From an uncultured bacterium (GTDB taxonomy: Bacteria > Patescibacteriota > Saccharimonadia > UBA4664): a stretch of DNA of 64,000 nucleotides. The stretch spans positions 264,704-328,703 of the forward strand of contig CAVRET010000002.1 in assembly GCA_963720265.1 (NCBI GenBank), given 5' to 3'. Shown here in pieces: positions 36,776 to 45,514 of this stretch. The position numbers and the translations under genes were made by a program. Each line of letters begins with the position of its first letter. Within the stretch, counting starts at the first letter, position 1. The notes under the pieces are model-generated. The model had not been told where the DNA came from, did no database searches, and saw only the letters and a program-made list of their open reading frames with translations.

Positions 36776-37499
36776 TACCGAAGCCAAGGAAGGCAAAAGC
36801 ACCCAAAATACCCTCCTTATCTCCGAGGTCAAGGACGGGGTAGTTGTTATGCGCGACGGCAGTTTGCGCGGTGTGATTTTGGGCTCAGCCATTAATTTCG
36901 ACCTCATGAGCACAGAGGAGCAGGAAGCGACCGAATACGCCTACCAAGGCTTCATCAACTCGCTCCATTTCCCAGTCCAAATTTCCATCAAGAGCAAAAA
37001 AATCGACATCGCACCCTATGTCGAGAAGCTACAGGCACAGCGCTCCGAACTCTCTAATGAACTACTCGGCTCGCTCATGGACGACTACATCTTAAACATC
37101 AAGGCCTTAGTCGAGCAGGTTAACATCATGGACAAGCAGTTTTATATCACGGTGCCGTTCTTCCCTCCCATGGCCGTAAAGAAAAACACCAACCTGTTTG
37201 CCGAGCTCAAAGCCGCCTTTGAGCCAACACCGATCATCATCGTCTCAGAAGAAGACTTCCGCAATTACAAGCAAGAATTAACTGAGCGCATGCAGTTGGT
37301 CGAATCCGGCCTTACCCAAATGGGCATCCGCGCCTTGGCCCTCGGCACCCAGGAGCTGGTTGACCTGTATTATTCCTGGTACAACCCCGACGTCGCAGCC
37401 AACGAGAAACTCATTGAAGTCGGTCAAATCACCACGCCGGTTGTCACCAAAGGCGAAGGTTCCGCCCCGCGCGGCCCACTGCCAGGGGCTCCAATCTAA
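36765..37499 (+). CDS. VirB4/TraC-family N-terminal domain encoded as a separate ORF
   Basis: LISEVKDGVVVMRDGSLRGVILGSAINFDLMSTEEQEATEYAYQGFINSLHFPVQI resembles the conserved N-terminus of Gram-positive VirB4 homologs (PrgJ/TcpF/TrsE). The stop TAA overlaps the next ATG (TAATG at 37497-37501). Confidence 0.5.
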   Translation: MPANTEAKEGKSTQNTLLISEVKDGVVVMRDGSLRGVILGSAINFDLMSTEEQEATEYAYQGFINSLHFPVQISIKSKKIDIAPYVEKLQAQRSELSNELLGSLMDDYILNIKALVEQVNIMDKQFYITVPFFPPMAVKKNTNLFAELKAAFEPTPIIIVSEEDFRNYKQELTERMQLVESGLTQMGIRALALGTQELVDLYYSWYNPDVAANEKLIEVGQITTPVVTKGEGSAPRGPLPGAPI

Positions 37500-39397
37500 T
37501 GGCCTTTGGACGCAAACACGACGCCGGCTTCCAGGCCAACCAGCTCGAGGAAATGGCACGTCTCCAGGATCAGCACGAGGCCGAGCTCATCTATCGCCAG
37601 GGTATTGTTACCATGCGCGACCTCATCGCACCCCCTAGCCTTGAGATCGAGTCCGGCTACCTCAAACTCGGCAAGCGCTATTGCAAAACCGTCTACGTCT
37701 ACGGCTACCCACGTCAGGTCTTTACCGGCTGGCTGTCGCCGATCATTAACCTCGACGAAATTATCGATATATCACTCTTCATTTATCCGGTTGAAAGCCA
37801 GGTTGTTTTAAGCAACCTGAAGAAAAAAGTCGGCCAGATGGAAGCCAGCTACCAGATCAACGAAGAAAAGGGGAGGGTGCGTGACCCCGGTCTCGAAGCC
37901 GCAATCCAAGACGCTGAAGAACTCCGCGACAAACTGCAAGTGGGGGAGGAGCGCTTTTTCCGTTTCGGCCTCTATCTCACCATGTATGCCGACAACCTTG
38001 AAGACCTTACCCAAGTTTCGCGAAAAATCGAGGGCATTTTCGGCCAATCACTTGTCTATACCAAGCCTGCCACCATGCAAATGGAGCAAGGTTTCAACTC
38101 CTCAATTCCGCAGGCAACCGACCAGCTTCAGATTTATCGCAACATGAATACCGGCTCGCTCTCCACCAGTTTCCCGTTTACCTCAGCCGAGTTGTCTCGC
38201 AACGAAGGCATTCTCTACGGCCTCAACCGCCACAACAACGGCCTCGTGCTGTTTGACCGCTTCTCGCTCGAAAACGCCAACATGGTCGTATTTGCCAAGT
38301 CCGGCGCCGGTAAATCCTTTGCCATCAAACTTGAAGCCCTGCGCAGTCTCATGATGGGCGTTGAAATCATCGTTATCGACCCCGAAAACGAATATGAGCG
38401 ACTGTGTGAGGCCGTTGGCGGCACCTACTTGCGCCTCAGCCTGGCATCTGCCACCCGCATCAACCCATTTGATCTGCCCCGCGTGTTTGACCAGGACGAG
38501 GCTGATAACGCACTCCAAGCCAATATCATTTCGCTCCACGGTCTGCTCCGACTTATGATGGGCGGTGCCACCGTCAACAACACCACCGGCGCCACTACCT
38601 CAACCCCGCTGACGCCGGCTGAGGACGCCGATCTCGATCTCGCCATTATCAATACCTATGCTAGAGCCGGCATCACCAAAGACCCACTCACGCATGGCGC
38701 CACGCCGCCCACAATGAACGACCTCTATAACACTTTGGCCTCGATGTCGGGCAACGGTCCATCCCTCGCTGCCCGCTTGCGCCAATACACCACCGGCACC
38801 TTTTCCGGCATTTTCTCAGAACAGTCCAATGTTGAGATCAACAATCCGTTTTTGGTCTTCAACATCCGCGACCTCGAAGATGAACTCCGCCCAGTCGGCA
38901 TGTACATCGTCCTCAACTATATCTGGAACAAGGTCAAATCTGACCGCCGCCGCCGCCTTCTCATCGTGGACGAGGCCTGGCAGCTCATGAAGTACGACGA
39001 TTCCGCTAACTTCATGTTCTCACTCGCCAAACGCGCTCGCAAATACGCCCTCGGCCTTACGACGATCTCGCAGGACGTTGAAGACTTCTTGGCCAGCAAA
39101 ATGGGCCGCGCCGTGGTTGCCAACTCGTCACTACAGCTCCTGCTCAAGCAAGCACCGTCCGCCGTTGACATCGTCGCCGATACCTTCAAGCTCACCGATG
39201 AAGAGAAAAAACGCTTAAGCCAATTCCCGGTCGGGGAGGGCCTATTCTTCGCCGGCCTTAACCACGTCATCATGCGTGTTCTCGCTTCAGACAACGAGGC
39301 GCAGCTCATTTCCACCACCCCGGCAACTCCGCAGAACGCGTCCGCCGACTATCAATCCGAACCATCGCAAACAGACCAAGAACAGCCCGCATCATAA
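37499..39397 (+). CDS. virB4: VirB4-family T4SS ATPase, C-terminal (middle plus ATPase) portion
   Basis: Walker A VVFAKSGAGKSF, Walker B RLLIVDEAWQLM, and the TTISQDVEDF motif. 632 aa, 876 aa combined with the upstream ORF. Confidence 0.85.
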   Translation: MAFGRKHDAGFQANQLEEMARLQDQHEAELIYRQGIVTMRDLIAPPSLEIESGYLKLGKRYCKTVYVYGYPRQVFTGWLSPIINLDEIIDISLFIYPVESQVVLSNLKKKVGQMEASYQINEEKGRVRDPGLEAAIQDAEELRDKLQVGEERFFRFGLYLTMYADNLEDLTQVSRKIEGIFGQSLVYTKPATMQMEQGFNSSIPQATDQLQIYRNMNTGSLSTSFPFTSAELSRNEGILYGLNRHNNGLVLFDRFSLENANMVVFAKSGAGKSFAIKLEALRSLMMGVEIIVIDPENEYERLCEAVGGTYLRLSLASATRINPFDLPRVFDQDEADNALQANIISLHGLLRLMMGGATVNNTTGATTSTPLTPAEDADLDLAIINTYARAGITKDPLTHGATPPTMNDLYNTLASMSGNGPSLAARLRQYTTGTFSGIFSEQSNVEINNPFLVFNIRDLEDELRPVGMYIVLNYIWNKVKSDRRRRLLIVDEAWQLMKYDDSANFMFSLAKRARKYALGLTTISQDVEDFLASKMGRAVVANSSLQLLLKQAPSAVDIVADTFKLTDEEKKRLSQFPVGEGLFFAGLNHVIMRVLASDNEAQLISTTPATPQNASADYQSEPSQTDQEQPAS

Positions 39398-39487
39398 GCG
39401 TTTTGAATTCCTTCGGATAAGGCATTACAATTTTACTAACCGCTTTAGTGGTTACACCATGATGTGTGAGGTGAGGTTAGCGTAAGT

Positions 39488-42382
39488 ATGGCTGACACGA
39501 GGGATTCCGAACGACTCCGCCGCAGTTCCAGCCGTGGCGCCGGCTTCAATGGTCCGGGCGGTTCAACTCGCCCCGGCACCAGCGGGCCAGGTGATACCAC
39601 ACGTCCGGCCAACCGCAGTGGATTCTCCAGTTCAACTTCTTCCCGGCCCGTCGGTGGCGTAAAGGGTGGATTTGCGCGCCCGTCGGGCACCGGCGGAAGT
39701 CCGCTCGCGAGCACAAACGCCGGCAGTGGCACCAACCTTTCTGACCGCCAGGAAGAACGGTTCAAGCAACTCGACGCCGAAGCTAAGGCCAAACAAGCTA
39801 CTGAGGATGCCGCCCGTGTCGGCCGTAACGAGGAAAAAGACGCAGCTGAATCGGCCAGAAAAATGGCCGGCTCCAATTATGAAAACGCCAGCAATGGCAA
39901 TGCCAAGGCCGGCGAAGAAGCCCGCGACGCCGAAAAAGACGCCGCCTCCGCCCTCAAATCCGGCAGCAAAGCCACCGGAATCAACATGGGCCGCCCCTTA
40001 AGCGACCAGGACTGGGCGCGCCACAGCTCAAATGCTGAGCGCGCCGCCGCCGGCACGACCGGCCAGAATGGTCTCGCCATGAGAACCAACACCGGAGCCG
40101 GTGGTGGCTTCGACCGTGTGCGGGGATTTTTCCGAAGGCACCGTACCGGCACCGTAGTCGGCACCAGCGCCGGAGGCCTATTCCTAGCCGGAATCATGGC
40201 ATTCGCGCTCCTCATTCCGCTCCAGCTCCTCGACATGGCCAATATGATGCTCCACGCCGCCCAGCAAGACGTTGAGCATGAAGTTGATAAGGCCGGCCTC
40301 AAAATTCTCCAAAAAATGATCCAGTCACGGGAAAAAGATCCCGGCGGCACGTTGCAGCACACCGGCCATCCCATTGCCGATGCCATTCACAACGTCACGA
40401 TTAAAAAATTTAACGATGACCTGTACAAAGACGGCATCAAGATAACCTTCGATAAAAGTGGCCGCCTCACCGGCATCGAGTACCTCGACGACTCAAAAAA
40501 CATCGACCTCTCCGACGCCTCATTCACAGCCCGCCGCAGCGCCATCAAAGATTTGGTCTTTGAACGCATCTCGCCGTGGCGGCCGCTGGCTCGCATTCTC
40601 TATACTCGGCGCCTCCAAGCCTGGGCCAACGTATCTTGGCGATTTTGGCCCAAGGAGAAAGTTGCCAACATTGCAAAGCTGATGTGGGAAAAAGTCCGTC
40701 AGGGCGCAACCGTTAATGAAATACAGCAAGAAACCGGTGAATCCGAGCAACAGGCCGCTCAGGAGCAAGCTGCCGCTCAATCCAGTGGCGAAACCGACGC
40801 CACCGGCGATATTGGCGAACTGGAGCAAAAAGTAGATGGCGGTGAACCAAAAACACAGGCCATTAGAGACGTTGTCGCCTCAATTAAGAGTCATCCCGCC
40901 TTTGGGATTACGGGTATGGTTGCGCTCATCTGTATCGTTGAGCAAATCGCCAACAGAGCCGCCACCCATGGTTACGTCCAGCGCGCCGACCTCCTCATGC
41001 GGATGGGCAACTTGATACCAACCATGGCCTCTCAGCTCGTTACCGGCGACGGCATCCTGCAAACCTCTGCGGGTGGCTTCAACATCGACGAGCTCAACCA
41101 GGCCATGCAAGCGTTCCAGGGTGACCCCAAAGCCCCATCAGATTCTCTCGACCGCCTCAGCTGGGCCCAGTCCGCCTCAGCCAGACGCGACATGGGCCTG
41201 CCGGTCAACAGCAACCCCAAGAGCCCCAACTTCAATCCCGACTTTAATGAAGCCGCCAATCCCGACGGCAACGCGCTCGTCAACGTCATTGGCGAGTTCA
41301 CATCCGTATTTAATTCCATTCCAGGCGCCAGCTTCACCTGTAGTATTCTCACCGGCGTATTTGGCACCATTGTCCAGATTGGCCTGCAGATTGTTGAGTT
41401 TGCCGTCAACATTGTCGACGGCGAAACTGAGGAAATCCTTTCCAGCGCTGCCGACGTTGGCATTCAAACCGCGCTCTTTGGCTGGGTCTTACCCAAAGTA
41501 CTGGAGGCCGGCGCCGGTCTTGCGGTTACCGGCAATGAGAATCCCGTTGATATGTTCAACAACGGCCAAGCGGGCTTAAGCCTAGCTTCCGAGCAATTTA
41601 TGCGCTCCATGGGCGGCCGCGAGCTTACCAACACCGAAGAAGCCGATATCAACAATTCAGCCCAAGGCGACCAGTTTAACTACGCCGAATCTCAAGGCTG
41701 GCGCTACAATCTGTTTGCCATCTCCAACCCCAATTCCTTGCTCGCACGCACGGTCATCAATATTCCGGACACGCCCGGTCAGGCCCTAGCCGACATGATG
41801 AACGTCCCGAGTAGCGTCACGCACGGCATGGCCACCGTCTTTCTCGGTATCAGGCCGGCCAGTGCCGATGCCAACAATATAAACCCCTACGGTTGGCAAA
41901 TGTATGGCTTCACCGACGCCGAAATCGACAAATATGACCCCATTGCCAACGAGGATTTCCTGACCCAACCAGTCAAAAAACCGGACGGCACCTACACCAC
42001 CCGTCTCGCCATGCTGGGCGACCCATCGCACTATGTGCCAACCCAAACCGACGATCCCGACCAACAGGATCTCCTCCATTGTTTCGTTGATAAATACTCT
42101 GAGCAGCACAACGGCGACGGCTTTGCCAACCCGAATCCCGGAGATGTCTGCGACGGCCTCGGCCTTGCCACTACCCGCGACGGCAATGAGGTGTTCAATC
42201 CAACCGACCAGCAAATTGTTAACACCATCTACTGCCAGAACAACAATGTCTGCAATCTCCAGCCCAACGACGACTTCCTGCGCTACCGTCTCGAATTGCT
42301 CTACACCGACGTTGTGAGCTCAATGGACTGCGAAACCACAACCGTTGATTGTTTTACCGGAAACGACCCCTATGATGATTAA
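39488..42382 (+). CDS. large polytopic membrane protein of the T4SS-like locus (disordered G/S/R-rich N-terminus, ~4-5 TM helices, large soluble domains)
   Basis: 964 aa. N-terminal ~210 aa are low-complexity (RGAGFNGPGGSTRPGTSGPG...). TM helices at VVGTSAGGLFLAGIMAFALLIPLQLL, ITGMVALICIV, FGTIVQIGLQIVEFAVNIV, ALFGWVLPKVLEAGAGLAV. Confidence 0.5.
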   Translation: MADTRDSERLRRSSSRGAGFNGPGGSTRPGTSGPGDTTRPANRSGFSSSTSSRPVGGVKGGFARPSGTGGSPLASTNAGSGTNLSDRQEERFKQLDAEAKAKQATEDAARVGRNEEKDAAESARKMAGSNYENASNGNAKAGEEARDAEKDAASALKSGSKATGINMGRPLSDQDWARHSSNAERAAAGTTGQNGLAMRTNTGAGGGFDRVRGFFRRHRTGTVVGTSAGGLFLAGIMAFALLIPLQLLDMANMMLHAAQQDVEHEVDKAGLKILQKMIQSREKDPGGTLQHTGHPIADAIHNVTIKKFNDDLYKDGIKITFDKSGRLTGIEYLDDSKNIDLSDASFTARRSAIKDLVFERISPWRPLARILYTRRLQAWANVSWRFWPKEKVANIAKLMWEKVRQGATVNEIQQETGESEQQAAQEQAAAQSSGETDATGDIGELEQKVDGGEPKTQAIRDVVASIKSHPAFGITGMVALICIVEQIANRAATHGYVQRADLLMRMGNLIPTMASQLVTGDGILQTSAGGFNIDELNQAMQAFQGDPKAPSDSLDRLSWAQSASARRDMGLPVNSNPKSPNFNPDFNEAANPDGNALVNVIGEFTSVFNSIPGASFTCSILTGVFGTIVQIGLQIVEFAVNIVDGETEEILSSAADVGIQTALFGWVLPKVLEAGAGLAVTGNENPVDMFNNGQAGLSLASEQFMRSMGGRELTNTEEADINNSAQGDQFNYAESQGWRYNLFAISNPNSLLARTVINIPDTPGQALADMMNVPSSVTHGMATVFLGIRPASADANNINPYGWQMYGFTDAEIDKYDPIANEDFLTQPVKKPDGTYTTRLAMLGDPSHYVPTQTDDPDQQDLLHCFVDKYSEQHNGDGFANPNPGDVCDGLGLATTRDGNEVFNPTDQQIVNTIYCQNNNVCNLQPNDDFLRYRLELLYTDVVSSMDCETTTVDCFTGNDPYDD

Positions 42383-43763
42383 ACTTGCCAGACTGGCCGC
42401 CGTGCTCATACTTAGCATCGCAGGAATAGTGTTGCCCGCAGGCCAGGCGCTCGCTATTCTACCCGAAGACCAGCACTGCGCCCTCGACGGCTATGCCTGC
42501 ACATATTACCTGCAAGATAGTTGTGATTCTACCGACACACCGGATCCTACCGCCACTGGCTCTTCCGCATCCGCCAGCTGTTGCAACAGCTCCAGCCTCT
42601 CCACACAACAGTTCGGACCCGGCAACTTGCCCAGCTATATCAAGCAGCCCTACAACGGTATCTTTACCGCCGCCGGCCAGAAGTATAACGTTGACCCCGC
42701 TGTGCTTGTCGGCATTTTTTACGATGAACAGTATGGTTACCAAAACGCCGTCAGCGCGTTCAATCAGCATGAGATGCCCAATCCACCCCCGCCCTATGGA
42801 TCCGGCCCTGCATGGGCCACGAGCCCAACCGGCGCCCAAGGACCGTTCCAGTTTGAACCCGCAACTTGGGCGGAAGATGGCGTTGACGGTAACGGCGACG
42901 GCATCAAGGATCCCAACGATCTGACCGATGCCGCATTTGGTGCCGCCAACAAACTTGGTAGAGATGGCGCCACCATTCCCGAGACCCAGTCCAAGATTGA
43001 AAACGCCGCCACCGCCTACTCCGGCGGATACCCACAGTACTCCCAAAATGTCTGGACCATCTTCCAAAAGATAAAACAAGACGAAGGCGGCTCAGCCGTC
43101 ACCACGCCGGCCACTAGTGAGGTCCCAGCCCCGTCCGGCAGCACCTGCGGCACAACCACCACCGGCGCCAACATTTACCAAGATCCGTTCCATAACCAAT
43201 CCGGCGTCGGCGCCAGCCGGGTTGATTCCGGCGCCGACCTCTACGCCATCAGCGCCCCGGTTCCCGTCTACGCCATCGGCGATGGCAAAATTGACATCGC
43301 CACCGCTCACGGCACGTTTTATCCGCCAAATCCCGGCTGGATATCATACACGCTCACTGATCCGGCCGGCGCCGCCTACAACAAGGTCGTCTACGTTTCC
43401 GAAGGCTGTCCACCCCAGCCGGACATCATCCCCAGCCCCACCGATCCCCATCCGGCCGTTACGTCCAATACCTTGTTGTGCTACATGCAACCGTCCAGTA
43501 TCGAAATGGGCTGGGCCATGAACGACACCGAACAGCTCGCCATGGCCTACGGTACCTATGTTGAAAGCTACGCCACCATCTACGGTCAAAACTTCACCGA
43601 AATGCTCTACAGCCTCGGCCTGACGGTTAAGGAATGCTACGATCATCCTGGTTCCACCTACCGCTTCAACCCACCGCCACCTGCGCCGCCGGTACCTGCA
43701 AGCCTGCCGCCGGCCTGGATACCCAATCCCGATATCACCAAAGAAGGACCAAACGCATGTTAG
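42372..43763 (+). CDS. secreted cell-wall hydrolase, lytic transglycosylase (SLT-like) domain (VirB1/TcpG-like)
   Basis: Signal peptide MMIKLARLAAVLILSIAGIVLPAGQALA. SLT-like catalytic block GIFYDEQYGY...GAQGPFQFEPATWAE...DPNDLTDAAFGAANKL. A C-terminal ~200-aa domain is uncharacterised. Confidence 0.6.
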   Translation: MMIKLARLAAVLILSIAGIVLPAGQALAILPEDQHCALDGYACTYYLQDSCDSTDTPDPTATGSSASASCCNSSSLSTQQFGPGNLPSYIKQPYNGIFTAAGQKYNVDPAVLVGIFYDEQYGYQNAVSAFNQHEMPNPPPPYGSGPAWATSPTGAQGPFQFEPATWAEDGVDGNGDGIKDPNDLTDAAFGAANKLGRDGATIPETQSKIENAATAYSGGYPQYSQNVWTIFQKIKQDEGGSAVTTPATSEVPAPSGSTCGTTTTGANIYQDPFHNQSGVGASRVDSGADLYAISAPVPVYAIGDGKIDIATAHGTFYPPNPGWISYTLTDPAGAAYNKVVYVSEGCPPQPDIIPSPTDPHPAVTSNTLLCYMQPSSIEMGWAMNDTEQLAMAYGTYVESYATIYGQNFTEMLYSLGLTVKECYDHPGSTYRFNPPPPAPPVPASLPPAWIPNPDITKEGPNAC

Positions 43764-43782
43764 CATATCGGAGAGACCGAAA

Positions 43783-45222
43783 ATGAACCCAAACGCCACG
43801 CCTCAGACCTTAAACCTTCGTGCGCTCATGCTAGCAGTCGGCGGCGCCGTGCTGTTCTTGCTTATCATCTTCTTCGCCATCCGGTTCTTCACCATTGGCC
43901 AGCTCGACATCACAACCAATAGCAGCAACAATTCCATTACCGTTGCGCGCGCCAATGTGGAAAGCCAACCCAGCGGTTTCCCCAAGAAAGCCAAGGGAAA
44001 TCTCTCGCTCTCCCTAAACGCCGGCGAGTACATCGTTGATGTCCAGGGCAACTCCGTGGCCAGCTCGCAAGTCATTGCGGTCACGGCCCACAGTACAGCC
44101 TCCGTCAACATTAGCCCGCCAAATGCAACGGGAGTTGAGCCGGTCACATTCGACAATCCGGTCGACTTCAAAGCCAGTGCCACCCAATTGGTTTACCTCA
44201 ACTCAAACGACGCTAGCGTAAACGAAATCTCAGCGGGCAACGCTGCCACCAAGTTCGGCGCCAGCTATGGTTTCCAAACAGTCCAATGGGCCGACCCCAC
44301 GTTTGGCGTCGCCCAAGACGGCAACGGCAAGCTGTATCTTATCGACGACGGCACCATCAGCCCGCTGAACACCCCGGTCGAGGGCCAAGACGTTGTCTTT
44401 GCCGTCAGCTCCGACCGCACCATTTTTCTAGCCGATGACAACAATGTCTACAGCGGTCACGCCACCGGCGGCTTCAAGCAAATCTATAGCCGACGGCCCG
44501 AAGGCACATCGCTGGCCGCAGGTCCCGGCGGCAAGGTGGCTATTTTTGACGGCGGCGAAAATGAGGAGGACGAAGACACCGGCAATCACGACAAAACCTC
44601 CAGCGACGTTTCCGACGCCGGCCTCATCATAGTCGACAGTGAAGGTAATTCGGTTGAAAAAGACATCGATCCGGTCGACGTCGCTTGGTCGCCAAGCGGC
44701 AATTATCTAGCCGTCAGCACGCAGTCCGGCAGCACGGTACTAAACACCTCACTCGCCCAGATTGCCACCATCCCACAGGCCAACTTTGGCAGCGCCGTCT
44801 GGCTCGACGACAACGTGCTCTATTACAAGCTCCAAGATCAACTTTGGGCCTATAACATGAATGCCGAAGAAGCTCACATCATTGCCAATATGCCGCTTGG
44901 TGAAGCCATTCAGGATCTCAGCCTGTCGACCGACAACGCCTATATATACCTCAGTACCCAGGATGCCAGTGGCAACGTCGCGCTCCGCCGTGTGCCGTTG
45001 CACGGTCAGGGTACGTCAGAGGTGGTGTTCAATCTGCAAGACATCCTGCCGCAATCCGCCGGCGACTACAACTTGGGCCTCACGAACTTTAATGGAACCC
45101 CTACTGTTATAGTCACGCCAGTGGACGGAGTAGCCTCGCAAACGGCGTTGGCTGAAGCCACGCAACAACTTCAATCCGACGGCTTCAATCTAGGCCAGAT
45201 TAATGTCGCACTCAGTCCGTGA
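43783..45222 (+). CDS. single-pass membrane protein with extracytoplasmic beta-rich (PD40/TolB-like beta-propeller) domain
   Basis: N-terminal TM LMLAVGGAVLFLLIIFFAIRFF. PD40-like motif DVAWSPSGNYLAVSTQSG. 479 aa, GGAGAG ribosome-binding site upstream. Confidence 0.45.
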   Translation: MNPNATPQTLNLRALMLAVGGAVLFLLIIFFAIRFFTIGQLDITTNSSNNSITVARANVESQPSGFPKKAKGNLSLSLNAGEYIVDVQGNSVASSQVIAVTAHSTASVNISPPNATGVEPVTFDNPVDFKASATQLVYLNSNDASVNEISAGNAATKFGASYGFQTVQWADPTFGVAQDGNGKLYLIDDGTISPLNTPVEGQDVVFAVSSDRTIFLADDNNVYSGHATGGFKQIYSRRPEGTSLAAGPGGKVAIFDGGENEEDEDTGNHDKTSSDVSDAGLIIVDSEGNSVEKDIDPVDVAWSPSGNYLAVSTQSGSTVLNTSLAQIATIPQANFGSAVWLDDNVLYYKLQDQLWAYNMNAEEAHIIANMPLGEAIQDLSLSTDNAYIYLSTQDASGNVALRRVPLHGQGTSEVVFNLQDILPQSAGDYNLGLTNFNGTPTVIVTPVDGVASQTALAEATQQLQSDGFNLGQINVALSP

Positions 45223-45514
45223 GGCTCCCAATCCTGACCGCAAGTCGCGTGCCGTCCAACTGAGTAGCGGCCAGCAGTTCAAGTTGGCGCAATCTCAGCT
45301 CACTTGCCACGCTCGCATTCGGTGTCACCAGCTTGAGCACGCCCTGGTGCAAACTGCGCGCCCGCACCTGGCCTGGATACCGTGCCTCCAGCCACGCCTG
45401 CACGGTTGAGAGCACATCAGCCCGGTCGAACCCCAATTCACGGCGTTTGCGCTCAAAATAGTCGGCCTCAAGCATGTGACACCTCACTTGGCGGCATCGT
45501 ATGTCCAGTCTCAA
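45212..45514 (-). CDS. DUF721 domain protein (DciA-like helicase-loader family), in the recF-downstream position
   Basis: ~90-100 aa basic protein (LEADYFERKRRELGF...VLKLVTPNASVASELRL) in the conserved dnaA-dnaN-recF-DUF721 synteny. The true start is probably the internal Met at 45475. Confidence 0.5.
   Translation of the reverse strand: MRLDIRCRQVRCHMLEADYFERKRRELGFDRADVLSTVQAWLEARYPGQVRARSLHQGVLKLVTPNASVASELRLRQLELLAATQLDGTRLAVRIGSLTD

Noticed and set aside
27225-45222. Possibility that the T4SS-like locus is an integrated conjugative element or prophage
   Set aside because: No integrase, relaxase, coupling protein, capsid/terminase genes or flanking att-like direct repeats are seen. Its GC content looks like the host's. 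It is treated as a chromosomal system.
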